A program made the position numbers and the translations under genes. The notes below the pieces were generated by a model, which saw nothing but the letters and a program-made list of their open reading frames with translations, made no database searches and was not told the origin of the DNA. From the NCBI GenBank assembly GCA_026396275.1, contig JAPLXC010000002.1, forward strand, positions 10,618 to 74,617: a stretch of 64,000 bases of DNA, in the 5' to 3' direction. Origin of the DNA: Candidatus Moraniibacteriota bacterium (lineage in GTDB: Bacteria > Patescibacteriota > Minisyncoccia > Moranbacterales > JAPLXC01). Positions 39,164-48,995 of the stretch are shown piece by piece; the first letter of the stretch is position 1; each line of letters starts with the position of its first letter.

Positions 39164-41984
39164 AAGAAGTTTCTTTAGGCCGATAGGTCTCAGGAATGAA
39201 AGCAAAGACAACTCCCGTGGTAATTAGAATAATGGCGATGGTAAGAATAATTCTTAGCAGAAACATAATCTGGGTTGGCAGATGGGAAAGAAGGCCAGCG
39301 AGAAACTTACCGCTATTTTTTAAAGTCAGTGCTTCTTCTTCACTGGATAAAGCAACTTCAACCTGAAGCGAAACCGGCATATATTTTTCCGTGGACTCAA
39401 ACTGGGAAATATTCCAGATTTTGTTGAGCGCTTTTCTTATGTCGTTTGATGTCTTATATAAAGTATTCAGTCCGATGTTATAAACATCTCCGGCCTCTTT
39501 TTCCGCCGTGAGGTTTAATCCAGCCGAGTTTGTTAAATCGCTAAAAAGTGCTCCGTCAATTGTCCATTCGGTCTTTACCCCTTTCCCAATATAGTTTTTC
39601 AACCAGGCAGGATGGAACTCGGCTTCAAGTCCTACTTCGTTTCCCGTGAGTGTTTGGAAAACTGATTCACTGGAATCAGGAAATTGATTACCATCCAGGT
39701 CAATATACATTCCTAAGTATTTTGGCCAGCAGAATTGCTCATTAGTAGAGATTATTTTCACGAAAGGGTCGATAACTTGAAAAACCCGAGTCAAATGAAT
39801 TGTCTGGCCGGTTTCCACGTCATTGGCGGTAACGTCAATAGTATATTTGTCGCCCGGGTCGCCAGTGGCCGGGAAGAAATTAATTTCTTGCTGTTCAGAA
39901 GCAAGACAATTCTTTTCTGAAATATTAGTGGAGTCGCAGAAAAGCGTCTGACCGTTAATTGTCCAGGAAAAGTTTTTAAGATTTTCTTTATCAACTTTAA
40001 GTCCGATAATCTCGTTTTTCAGGACGTAGCAGACGGCCGCTTCTTCGCGGCTGGTGCAAATTTCATTACCCTCGTTTAGTATTAAGGGTCCGCCAGTAGC
40101 GGAAAAATTCGTATCCACCGGGGAAAAAGCCCGAATCTTTTGATCGGTAGTGAAGACCTTAATGATAACATCGCTTCTTCCTTCCCGGGTTGTGTTTTCA
40201 TCCAAGCTTTCTTTCGAAGAAGGATAATTTTCATTAACTACGACGGAGACCTTCAAGTATCCATAGCCGTCGCCAGAAAAGACATTGTCATCAGTAAGAT
40301 CAAGTTTAAACTTTAATGAAGGAATATTAATTCCCTTAAGAGGAGTAGTTTTTAAAATACACTCTTCTTCATCCCCACCTTCGCAGATAGTTTGCCAGTC
40401 GGCGGGATTGGAAGAAGGAAATCCTGTCTTGCTAATAGCTATCTTCCAGGTATAAAGTAGTTGCTGGCTTTCCTGATCAGCATTGGCAATGGTTGCTTGA
40501 GTATTTACTACGTCTCCCATTTCGTCACCGCTCGAGTCATTTATCGGATTTTCCGGAGAATAGGACAGGGAAACATCCAATTTTTTCGGCTGGAGCCCTT
40601 CTTTGGGATCAACAAGATTATCTTCTAGGCAGTCATTGAAAAAATCCTCATAGTCATCGTGATCAAAAGCCGGAATTTTCACGTTGTATCCTTTTATGCT
40701 CTCGTAATAGTACGATTTGCTTGAGTCCGGAATGGAGCAGTCGTTTTTAGGCATCGCCCACATAATCATAAAAGACGAATCGTCGTGTTTGGCGGGAATC
40801 ATCGAAGTCCCTTCTACCAATACTCCGACCTTATCTCTGTCGTCATAATTCCAGGTGAAAGTAAACTGGCCCACTCCGACAGCATTGGCTTCGTCGCGGT
40901 TGCCGTTGTCGGCCGTGTCCGGATCGTGAGGATTAGTCCACCAGAATTCCTCTTCCTCTTCTTTGAAATCATTATCTCCTACTTTCTCATCGTTTAAATC
41001 TCCCTTATAGTCGGGAAAAAGATGATGAGGAAGAAGATCATAGCACTTGTTAGATACACTGGATGATTCTCCAGTAGAGCAAGTTGGTGTTTCAAACCCA
41101 AAAGAACTGCAAGCGTCAAGATTAGGGTCGGGCATATCATTGCACTCTCCTTCAAGATTGTCAGTGTCGATACATAATGGGTCGCCGGAAGAACAGACGG
41201 GGATTTGAGTGGAGGGATCGCAAGTCATAGCTGTTTCAGTATCATTGCAGGTTTTGTATTCAATGTAGTTGCCTGCCCCATCATCGCAATTAAGAGTTTC
41301 AGTTTTTACGCATTTGGCGACTGTGCCACTAGGGCAAGTAAAGCTGGTATTGGAGGTTTCGGCTAACTCATAGTTTATACCACTTACGAAATCGTGAATG
41401 TAGCAGTAAGCTGTTTCATCTTCCTGCTCTTCTTCGTTTTTATTGGCACCTCCCCAGCGGGCAAGATAGCCGTCTTTATCATCATCGGAGCTGTAGTCGG
41501 CCCTTGTTGTATCATAGCCGTTATTGGTGATATAGCGCATCGCTTCCACCTTCCAGTCATTGACAGTTATCTTTCCATTCCCGTCAGCATCGCATTTCTT
41601 CTTTGTTTCAGAGCTGGGCGAGTCGGTGGGGCCGCAGCCGCTGTGGCGCAAATACCAAGTGTAGTAAAGTTGTTCTTTGGCAATGTTGAAATACTGGGGA
41701 AGCGCTTCGGCGGTTATTTTTTCCCCCGGCCTGGGATCAGCAGGATTAAAAAAAAGCATTACTTCCGGAACATTCTTTTTCTGGTCGGACACGTTAAAAT
41801 TTTCTCCCTGATTCTGAATGCTTTCAAGGTTTAGATGATAACGCCTTTCTAATTCGGCAGCCACCGAGGAGGGAGAAGGAATAGACAAAGCAAAAGCGGG
41901 AAAAGCGCTAAGAAAAACTGCTTCAGCGGCAACCGTGAGGACTAAAAGAATTCTCTTTATGATCTTTAATATTTGTTTTTTCAT
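39150..41984 (-). CDS. Large Cys-rich, acidic surface protein
   Basis: Signal peptide, Ca-binding-like DADGNG and DPDT.DNG..D motifs, Cys-rich segment, C-terminal TM. Confidence 0.8.
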   Translation of the reverse strand: MKKQILKIIKRILLVLTVAAEAVFLSAFPAFALSIPSPSSVAAELERRYHLNLESIQNQGENFNVSDQKKNVPEVMLFFNPADPRPGEKITAEALPQYFNIAKEQLYYTWYLRHSGCGPTDSPSSETKKKCDADGNGKITVNDWKVEAMRYITNNGYDTTRADYSSDDDKDGYLARWGGANKNEEEQEDETAYCYIHDFVSGINYELAETSNTSFTCPSGTVAKCVKTETLNCDDGAGNYIEYKTCNDTETAMTCDPSTQIPVCSSGDPLCIDTDNLEGECNDMPDPNLDACSSFGFETPTCSTGESSSVSNKCYDLLPHHLFPDYKGDLNDEKVGDNDFKEEEEEFWWTNPHDPDTADNGNRDEANAVGVGQFTFTWNYDDRDKVGVLVEGTSMIPAKHDDSSFMIMWAMPKNDCSIPDSSKSYYYESIKGYNVKIPAFDHDDYEDFFNDCLEDNLVDPKEGLQPKKLDVSLSYSPENPINDSSGDEMGDVVNTQATIANADQESQQLLYTWKIAISKTGFPSSNPADWQTICEGGDEEECILKTTPLKGINIPSLKFKLDLTDDNVFSGDGYGYLKVSVVVNENYPSSKESLDENTTREGRSDVIIKVFTTDQKIRAFSPVDTNFSATGGPLILNEGNEICTSREEAAVCYVLKNEIIGLKVDKENLKNFSWTINGQTLFCDSTNISEKNCLASEQQEINFFPATGDPGDKYTIDVTANDVETGQTIHLTRVFQVIDPFVKIISTNEQFCWPKYLGMYIDLDGNQFPDSSESVFQTLTGNEVGLEAEFHPAWLKNYIGKGVKTEWTIDGALFSDLTNSAGLNLTAEKEAGDVYNIGLNTLYKTSNDIRKALNKIWNISQFESTEKYMPVSLQVEVALSSEEEALTLKNSGKFLAGLLSHLPTQIMFLLRIILTIAIILITTGVVFAFIPETYRPKETSYEKS

Positions 41985-42625
41985 TATTTTGCGAGGCCAA
42001 TAACTAAAGCATCGGCGATGATGATAAAAAATAAGCTGGTTCCGAAGGAGTAAAAAATTGAACGGCTCTGATAAGCGACAATTCCAGCAAAAGGAGAAAC
42101 GATAACATAAAGGGTGGTTGACCAGTCAAGTCCGCCAACCAGGAGGAAAAAAGTCAGAAACACGGCAAATTGCACCGCAATCGACCAGTATCCTATTGCC
42201 CGCGACAATCTCAGCATAATAAACCCCCGGAAAAAAAATTCGTAAAGCGCTGCGAACAACCCAACCAGGAGAAGTTCATACGAGATAAAAAACACAAATC
42301 GTTCGGCTATCAAGCGAGGCGGATGGTAATGTTGTGGGAGATTAGTGTAGTGGAAGAGAATGTAAAAAGTCAAAAGTGAGCCCAGTAGCATTATTCCCAT
42401 CCACAAAATACCTCTTTGCCTGTCTCCTGTCTGAAGACCAAACTTTTTAAGCGACCCTTTTAGTATTATTTTAATATATAATACCGGAATTACCAAGAGA
42501 AATGCCATGGTCGAGACAATCTGCTGGAAGATATTTTGAGTGGGGAAAACACTGTATAAAATCAGGCAAATTAAAGCCACGGCGATAGTTATCAGTAAAT
42601 TCTTGTTATTTACGATGATTCTCAT
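41984..42625 (-). CDS. CPBP/Abi-family intramembrane protease-like protein (degenerate)
   Basis: L..FGL..G, YEFFFRG, ...SRSI; multi-TM. Confidence 0.65.
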   Translation of the reverse strand: MRIIVNNKNLLITIAVALICLILYSVFPTQNIFQQIVSTMAFLLVIPVLYIKIILKGSLKKFGLQTGDRQRGILWMGIMLLGSLLTFYILFHYTNLPQHYHPPRLIAERFVFFISYELLLVGLFAALYEFFFRGFIMLRLSRAIGYWSIAVQFAVFLTFFLLVGGLDWSTTLYVIVSPFAGIVAYQSRSIFYSFGTSLFFIIIADALVIGLAK

Positions 42626-42675
42626 TAAATCTAATGTAAGTTAATCGAGAAAAAATCAATCCTGTTATTATCATA

Positions 42676-43083
42676 CTATAATTTCAAGTATTTTACTAGC
42701 AGCAAAATACCGCCGAGGACGATGAAGCTGTCGGCCAGGTTGAACGCCGGCCAAAACTTAAGGTCAATGAAGTCGATAACGCAGCCAAACATTATGCGAT
42801 CAATGATATTAGAAGTTGCTCCGGCCAGAACAGGAATTATGAATAATGAATTATGAATCACAGATTTTTTGCTAATAAAGGCAAATATTAAAATAGTAAT
42901 TGCTAAAAGCCAAAAAAGCCAAAATAAAATCTCGGGTACTTTTATTCCCCAGGCAATATTTATGTTGCAAATATAAAATCCGCCCCCTTGGCGGATTAGA
43001 TACTTAGAAAACTGGTCGAGAGGGACTAGAGCAAAAAACAACAGCGCAAAAAGTATTTTTTTGGTTTTTATTTCAGGGTCCAT
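42676..43083 (-). CDS. lspA: Lipoprotein signal peptidase
   Basis: LDQ.SK, N..IAWG, GA.SN.IDR...G.VIDFI, FNLAD. Confidence 0.9.
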   Translation of the reverse strand: MDPEIKTKKILFALLFFALVPLDQFSKYLIRQGGGFYICNINIAWGIKVPEILFWLFWLLAITILIFAFISKKSVIHNSLFIIPVLAGATSNIIDRIMFGCVIDFIDLKFWPAFNLADSFIVLGGILLLVKYLKL

Positions 43084-43088
43084 AATGC

Positions 43089-43442
43089 CTACTTGCACCG
43101 GATGCATGTCTTGGCGGCGGGATAAGCCCGCAGTCGCTCGATGTTTATCTCTTGACCGCAATTGCCGCAGGTTCCGTAAGTTCCCTCTTCCATTCGTGCC
43201 AGAGCGTCGCCTACATCTTTCAGGCGCTTTTCAAGAGTGCTCTCCAGGGCTAAATTATCAGTGTATTCCTCAACTTCTGACGCGTTTTCATCCACATCGG
43301 TGCCAAGATCGCTAAATTTGGTTTTATAGTCCCCAGGAACTTCGGTAGGGGCGGCAAAGTTTTTCAGCTCGTTTTCAAGACGATTTTTTTCTTTGAGAAG
43401 CTTTTCTTTCAGTTCCGTTTGAATTTGAGGGTCAATGGCCAT
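43089..43442 (-). CDS. TraR/DksA C4 zinc-finger protein
   Basis: AL.R...GTYG.C..CG.EI..ERL.A.P.A..C..C. Confidence 0.92.
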   Translation of the reverse strand: MAIDPQIQTELKEKLLKEKNRLENELKNFAAPTEVPGDYKTKFSDLGTDVDENASEVEEYTDNLALESTLEKRLKDVGDALARMEEGTYGTCGNCGQEINIERLRAYPAAKTCIRCK

Positions 43443-43521
43443 AGCAAAAGATTGTTAGAAAATTAAAAGATGGAAAATTATTCCGTCTTGTTTTTATTGT
43501 ACTGGTAAACAGTGATATTGT

Positions 43522-43920
43522 CTAGATAAAAATGTTTTCAAGATGGCTTATTTTAAATGCTTTTCGGTTTTCTCCGATCCAAACGGAAAGAGCGTCAAAA
43601 TGATACGGCTTATCCCAGGCGTTTTCCTGCTTAATATAAAACAAGGCGATTTTGTTTAATTTGTGAAGCTTGGCTTTGGTAATATTTTCCTCGGGAAGCG
43701 ACTTATCGCCAGCGGAAAGCTCCCGCGTTTTTACTTCCACAAAAACGATCTCGCCGTTTTTTTTGGCAATAATATCAATTTCACCAAGTCTTCGCCCGAG
43801 AGGATTTTTAAAATTTTTTTCCAGAACCTTGTATCCTTTGTTTTTTAAATATTCTGCCGCAATTTTTTCGCCCAGCTGCCCGGTATTTAATTTCTCTTTT
43901 TTCCAGAATAAAAGCTTCAT
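43522..43920 (-). CDS. YraN/UPF0102 family protein
   Basis: G..GE..A..YL...GY..L..N, GEIDIIA, FVEVKTR, FD. Confidence 0.92.
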   Translation of the reverse strand: MKLLFWKKEKLNTGQLGEKIAAEYLKNKGYKVLEKNFKNPLGRRLGEIDIIAKKNGEIVFVEVKTRELSAGDKSLPEENITKAKLHKLNKIALFYIKQENAWDKPYHFDALSVWIGENRKAFKISHLENIFI

Positions 43921-43936
43921 AATCAGATTATAGCAG

Positions 43937-43966
43937 AAAAAACAAAAAACACCCTTGGCTGGTGTT
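43937..43966 (-). terminator. Intrinsic terminator of the upstream non-coding unit
   Basis: AACACC-AGCCAAG-GGTGTT followed by a T-rich tract on the minus strand. Confidence 0.65.
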
Positions 43967-44468
43967 CTTTTTCCCAATATTTATCAAACAATAACTTTAG
44001 TTATTGACTGATAGATATTGGGAACCGGGCGCTACTAACGCCCATAAAAATATAATTTTTTAGCGAGAGCGCCCGGTGTTTGTTGTATTGTCAACACACC
44101 AAGAGCACTTTTAGCCGGGTGAGAGGCATAAAATGGCATTCTTTGGGTGTGTATTTTGTACAATACCCCATGACATCCACTTCTGACTTAGTAATGTCTT
44201 TCCTCTACTATTCTCTGGCTTTTAGCCTTTTATCAAAGAACAAACTTTTTTATTTTTTGTATTTGTTTAAAAAAGTTTTTTTGTTTTTGTTTTAGGGTCT
44301 TGCTGTCAGATAGCAAGCGCCTAGTCCCGACGGGTAACTACCTTAAGAGACAGTCACTCGTTGGGGACTAGGACTTGAACAGTAGAAGAATTCCAATCAC
44401 AAATAGGGGGAAATTGTGATTGGAAATGCTTCCACCATTCGTTTTTAGGGCTTTTTAAGGTACAACCT
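43940..44468 (-). ncRNA. Putative ~530-nt structured non-coding RNA of unknown family
   Basis: Consensus promoter, terminator, no ORF in the track on this strand within the unit apart from an upstream extension of yraN, and at least six helices. Confidence 0.5.
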
Positions 44469-44474
44469 GTCCTT

Positions 44475-44503
44475 ATTATAGCAGAAAATAAACTAAGAGT
44501 CAA
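44475..44503 (-). promoter_or_regulatory. Sigma70-type promoter
   Basis: TTGACT-17 nt-TATAAT with TG extension. Confidence 0.8.
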
Positions 44504-44743
44504 TTCTCCCTAAGAAATTTTTGGCTAATCTTAGCGTTTAATCGGAAAGAAAACATCTCGGTATTATCCCAAATTGTCCTAAGAAATAAATACGGCATTC
44601 AGAAAAGTGATTTACTTTTTCCGGCTTAGTTAGGTAAAGTGTGGAAAATAAGCCGCATTCCTGACAAGTTATCAACAGGTTATTAAGAATTTTAAGCAAC
44701 TATTGTTTTTCTGAGCCTTTTTCTTGGACTTTTCCGAAGGGCT

Positions 44744-45862
44744 CTAAAGAGCTATTTTGTCCAGTATCGCCCGGATGGTATTTTTGCTTGTTCCAATAAC
44801 TAATTGGTCGGCGGTAACAGCGTAGTCAATAGAAAGTGACTCTTCTGGATTAAGATTGGCGTAACGAATCGAGAAGTCCTTGTATGTGCTGCTTTGGAAT
44901 AATTTGTCTTTTTCCTGCGGGACAGCATCGAGAAAAAGGAAAGAGAGATCATTGATAAGTGTTTTTTCCTGGTTCTTCATCGCGGCAGTGGCTCTTCCCT
45001 TGTCTTTAAGATCTGCTGCTATTCCTATTCTAACATTTTCCGAATCGGGATAAAAGAAAAGAGAAAATTCTTCTCCTAAGTTACTTAATACCGGAGAGAG
45101 CTTGAGTCCCGAAAGAACAGCAAAGATATGAAACACTATGGGGTTATTGTTGCTGTCAGTAATGATAAACTCGATGGGAGAAGTTGTTTCTGATTTTTTA
45201 ATTTCAGAAGCAGTTTGAGCAAGTGTTTGCTTAAGTGTTTCAGGAGTGGCTATTTCAGTGTCGATGGAAAGATAGTTAGGTTTCTCCGCTGAAAATTTTT
45301 CTTCGATTTTTTCAACCGCTATCGGCTCTTCAGCGGGAGAAGGAATAACTGCTTCGGGAGTAGGAGCTGGGGCAGACGCGTTTCTGGTCAACCAGAAATA
45401 GTATCCTCCGGCAGCCAAAGCAAGAAAGGAAATAATTAAAGCGCTAACCAAAAGTATTTTTTTCCAATTAAAACCGCGTTTTGGATATTGCTCAACCGGT
45501 GTTTTAGATTCCCGGCGCGGAAGAGACGGACCGCTTTTTTTAGAAAGATCGTCTGGACGAGAAGCCGGAGAGTAGAATTTGGGAGAGGGAGGAACATTTA
45601 AAAAAGGGCTGGAGGATTGAGAAGTATCAGGCCTGTACTCTGCCGAGTTGTGACGCTTGGGAGGGGCGAAAAAATCTTTTTTTCTTTCCGGGTCGCTATA
45701 TTGCCTTGCTTCTTCTGGTGGAGCAGTCAATCCTTCAATAGCATTAAGATCATCCTGCATTGTATGAAGCGGAAAGTCCTCGCCGGCCGTGCCAGATCCC
45801 CTTTTTGGAATGTCGGGACTGACGGGCTGATAATTGTTTTTGTTATTTTTAAAACCGAACAT
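44744..45862 (-). CDS. Hypothetical single-pass membrane protein
   Basis: Disordered Pro/Ser-rich N-terminus, one TM helix and a C-terminal domain (IRY.NL, SIDYA..LVIGTS). Confidence 0.8.
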   Translation of the reverse strand: MFGFKNNKNNYQPVSPDIPKRGSGTAGEDFPLHTMQDDLNAIEGLTAPPEEARQYSDPERKKDFFAPPKRHNSAEYRPDTSQSSSPFLNVPPSPKFYSPASRPDDLSKKSGPSLPRRESKTPVEQYPKRGFNWKKILLVSALIISFLALAAGGYYFWLTRNASAPAPTPEAVIPSPAEEPIAVEKIEEKFSAEKPNYLSIDTEIATPETLKQTLAQTASEIKKSETTSPIEFIITDSNNNPIVFHIFAVLSGLKLSPVLSNLGEEFSLFFYPDSENVRIGIAADLKDKGRATAAMKNQEKTLINDLSFLFLDAVPQEKDKLFQSSTYKDFSIRYANLNPEESLSIDYAVTADQLVIGTSKNTIRAILDKIAL

Positions 45863-45950
45863 AAAATTTGCTATGCTGTTAAAAATAAAAATAGAAGCAT
45901 CTCCGCTTCTATTTTACAACAAGAATGTTTTATTGCCAAGACATTGTCAA

Positions 45951-48071
45951 CTATCTCATAGTATGGGTAGCGTCTTTGAGTGAAAGATTGATTCTTCCTT
46001 GCTCGTCGATATTTTTTACTTTTACTGGAACAACATCACCTATCTGAACTATGTCCTCCACGCGGTTTACCCGATAATCAGCTAGTTCGGAAATGTGAAT
46101 CAACCCTTCCTGGCCCGGTAAAATCTCAGCGAAAGCTCCAAAATTTATGATTCGGGTAATCCGGGCATTAAAGAGTTCTCCAGGCTTGACTTCATGAGTG
46201 AGATTATCAATCCATTTTTGGGCTTTTTTAGAAGATGATTCGTCAGGTGAAGTGATAAAAACCGACCCGTCGTCCTCAATGTCGATTTCCACTCCAGTTT
46301 GTTCAATAATTTCGTTAATGATTTTGCCGCCAGCGCCAATGACGTTTCGTATTTTTTCCGGATTAATCTTCATAATAATGATGCGCGGGGCGTACTGGGA
46401 CATTTCGTTGCGGGGAGCTGAAATTGTCTCGGTGATTTTTTTAAGTATTTCCATTCGGTTTTTATGGGACTGATTCAGTGCAGCTTCGAGCATTTCCACT
46501 GTCAAGCCATCCACCTTAACATCCATCTGGAGCGCGGTGATGCCTTTTTCTGTTCCAGTTGCTTTAAAATCCATATCGCCAAAATGATCCTCCAGACCCT
46601 GAATGTCGGTCAGTATTTTGAAATTGCCGTCATGGCCAACAATAATTCCCATCGCAATGCCGCTCACCGGCCGTTTGATCGGTACGCCGGCATCCATCAG
46701 GGACAAAGTGGATCCGCAAGTGGCGGCCATTGAGGAAGATCCGTTGGAAGAGAGTATTTCAGAAACCAGAAGAATAGTGTAAGGAAACTCTTCTTTGGAA
46801 GGGATCACTGGCAAGAGCGCTCTTTCAGCCAGGAACCCATGTCCAATTTCCCGTCTTCCTACTCCCCGCATCTTTTTGATTTCGCCGGTGGAATAGGGCG
46901 GAAAGTTGTAATGGTGAATGTAGCTTTTTTTAGTGTCGGCCTCCATTGAATCAATAAGCTGCTCGTCGCCGGGAGAGCCAAGAGTGGTGACAGTAAGCGC
47001 CTGGGTCTCTCCCCGGGAAAAAAGCGCCGATCCGTGAGTGCGGGGCAAAATCCCGACTTGACAGTCAATCGGCCTGATTTCATCCAGTTTCCTGCCGTCA
47101 GGCCGCAGTTCTTTTTCCAGGATATTTTGGTGCACAATTTCGTCGGCTGCTTCTTCAAAAACCCAGTCGGCAATTTCTCCTAGTTTTTCGCTGTTTTCCC
47201 CGCCTTTGGCTGAACTGCTTTCTTTAATGTAGGTGAATACTTTTTCCCGGATAGCGCTTACTTTTTCCTCCATCACTTTTTTATCTTTTTCGTAAAGCGC
47301 TTCGGCAATTCCTTCTTTGAAAAGAATATCTCGGACTTTACCCTCAAATTCAGGAGTTCCAGTCAGCCGCACTAGTTTGGCTTTTGGCGCTCCCGCTTCT
47401 TTGGCTATGTTTTCAATAAAGGTAGCGATCTTGCGAATGGCTTCATGACCAAACTGGAAGGCCTTGACAATCTCTTCCTCGGGAACTTCCTTGGCGCCTG
47501 CTTCAATCATGTTTATTTTTTCTTTAGTTCCGGAAAGAACGAGATCCAGGTCGCTTTCGGCTAATTCCCCGTTGACCGGGTTAAGGACAAATTCTCCATT
47601 TATTCTCCCGATTCGCACGGCAGCTAGCGGACCATTCCAGGGAATGTTAGAAATAGAAAGAGCGACCGAAGCGGCAATGACGGCAACAATATCCGGATCG
47701 TTCTCACCATCAATGGAAAGAACAGTCACTATTACTTGAACTTCGTTTCGCATTCGCATATCAAAAAGCGGGCGGATAGTCCGGTCTACTACGCGACCGG
47801 TGAGAATTCCCTCGTCTGATGGCTTTCCGTCGCGTTTGATGAATTTTGAGCCCTTTATTTTTCCGGCGGCGTAATAACGCTCTTCGTAGTCAACCATCAG
47901 CGGAAAGTGATCACTGGCTTTGGCGGCGTCCTTGCTCATTACAGCCGTGGCCAGCACCATCGTGTCGCCATAGCGAACAGTTACCGCGCCGTTAGCTTGT
48001 TTAGCCAGCAATCCGGTTTCAATTTCCAAGATTCGCCCTCCGATCTGGAGAGACCATTTTTTATGCTCCAT
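45951..48071 (-). CDS. pnp: Polyribonucleotide nucleotidyltransferase
   Basis: LA.QANG, DR.IRPLF, R.DGR, RTHGS.LF.RG.TQ, RREIGHG, SNGSSSMA, GDMDFK; KH and S1 domains. Confidence 0.98.
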   Translation of the reverse strand: MEHKKWSLQIGGRILEIETGLLAKQANGAVTVRYGDTMVLATAVMSKDAAKASDHFPLMVDYEERYYAAGKIKGSKFIKRDGKPSDEGILTGRVVDRTIRPLFDMRMRNEVQVIVTVLSIDGENDPDIVAVIAASVALSISNIPWNGPLAAVRIGRINGEFVLNPVNGELAESDLDLVLSGTKEKINMIEAGAKEVPEEEIVKAFQFGHEAIRKIATFIENIAKEAGAPKAKLVRLTGTPEFEGKVRDILFKEGIAEALYEKDKKVMEEKVSAIREKVFTYIKESSSAKGGENSEKLGEIADWVFEEAADEIVHQNILEKELRPDGRKLDEIRPIDCQVGILPRTHGSALFSRGETQALTVTTLGSPGDEQLIDSMEADTKKSYIHHYNFPPYSTGEIKKMRGVGRREIGHGFLAERALLPVIPSKEEFPYTILLVSEILSSNGSSSMAATCGSTLSLMDAGVPIKRPVSGIAMGIIVGHDGNFKILTDIQGLEDHFGDMDFKATGTEKGITALQMDVKVDGLTVEMLEAALNQSHKNRMEILKKITETISAPRNEMSQYAPRIIIMKINPEKIRNVIGAGGKIINEIIEQTGVEIDIEDDGSVFITSPDESSSKKAQKWIDNLTHEVKPGELFNARITRIINFGAFAEILPGQEGLIHISELADYRVNRVEDIVQIGDVVPVKVKNIDEQGRINLSLKDATHTMR

Positions 48072-48138
48072 ATAGAACGTATCAGCTCTTCTGCTGATGA
48101 CGCTTGAAGTAAAGTCAAAAATGAAGGTTTAATATATT

Positions 48139-48201
48139 TGTCATCCCGGACTTGATCCGGGATCTAATCTAATTAGATGCTGAATCAAGTTCAGCGTGAC
48201 A
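48139..48201. repeat. TGTCA-tagged palindrome dimer at the apex of the pnp leader hairpin
   Basis: TGTCATCCCGGACTTGATCCGGGATCT...AGATGCTGAATCAAGTTCAGCGTGACA. Confidence 0.85.
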
Positions 48202-48285
48202 TTTATGCTAATTAAACTCTCATTTTTGAGCTTACCTAACGCACCAGCAAAGGACTATTTAATAAATTTGTTAAGTATTAAAACA

Positions 48286-48990
48286 TTAGCTTATTTTGAT
48301 AATTTTGTCAAAAAATAAATTGACATATTCCAATTCTTTCTTTATCTCCTTCATATCGTCACAAACACTTTCAATTATTATCGGTACTTCTTTTTTCGGA
48401 AGCATCTTGATAATTTTATTCTGCCTAGTTTTGAAGAGCGGTTCGTGATATTTTTGAAAGCCGCTTATATGGATCTCACATAGTCTGTTTTTGAAGGCCT
48501 TATAAAAATCCCAAGCCAATCTCAGCGATTTGTCGTTTGAATAGCAATGATTTAAGTCAAGAACGAAGCCATAATCGTTATTTTCAAGGACTTGTTTTAC
48601 ATCTTTGACTGTTTTTCCGAAATTTTTGCGAAAATCCATATTTTCAACTGCAATCGGAAAATTATAGTTGTCAAAAATATCCCAGTTATCAACTCGGTCC
48701 GGATGGATAACCACACATTTGAAAGAAAACCTCTCATGCGCTTCCTGAATGGAATCAAGTACTTTGACGGCTTCCTGGTTTTGACCATATATGACATTAC
48801 TGGGAGCGTGAATTGAAATATAAGAAAAGCCTTGAAAGTCCGAAACTTCAAGGTCTTTGAGTTGTTCTGCCTGGTCTGATCCTAACTCGACCGCGTTTGC
48901 CCCTGTATTTCTGATAATATCCAGCATTTCTTTGGATATCGGGTGGAAAGTGTGATGAAGAACACCGGAATTAAAGCCGATTATTTTCAT
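48286..48990 (-). CDS. Xylose-isomerase/AP-endonuclease-like TIM barrel protein
   Basis: SIHAP, VIHPD, VENMD, VLD.NH, EIH.SG..HEP, IIES metal-binding pattern. Confidence 0.75.
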   Translation of the reverse strand: MKIIGFNSGVLHHTFHPISKEMLDIIRNTGANAVELGSDQAEQLKDLEVSDFQGFSYISIHAPSNVIYGQNQEAVKVLDSIQEAHERFSFKCVVIHPDRVDNWDIFDNYNFPIAVENMDFRKNFGKTVKDVKQVLENNDYGFVLDLNHCYSNDKSLRLAWDFYKAFKNRLCEIHISGFQKYHEPLFKTRQNKIIKMLPKKEVPIIIESVCDDMKEIKKELEYVNLFFDKIIKIS

Positions 48991-48995
48991 AAAAT

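Noticed and set aside
44112-44215. RNase P RNA (minus strand has GAGGAAAG and CCCGGCT)
   Set aside because: GAGGAAAG is followed by ACATT rather than TCCGGG-like sequence, so P4 cannot form. The spacing is also too short.
44335-44380. tRNA 3' end (GTTCAAGTCCT on the minus strand) or an LSU rRNA fragment (TCTCTTAAGGTAG)
   Set aside because: There is no T-stem or acceptor pairing and no flanking rRNA similarity. Both motifs fall inside one long hairpin.
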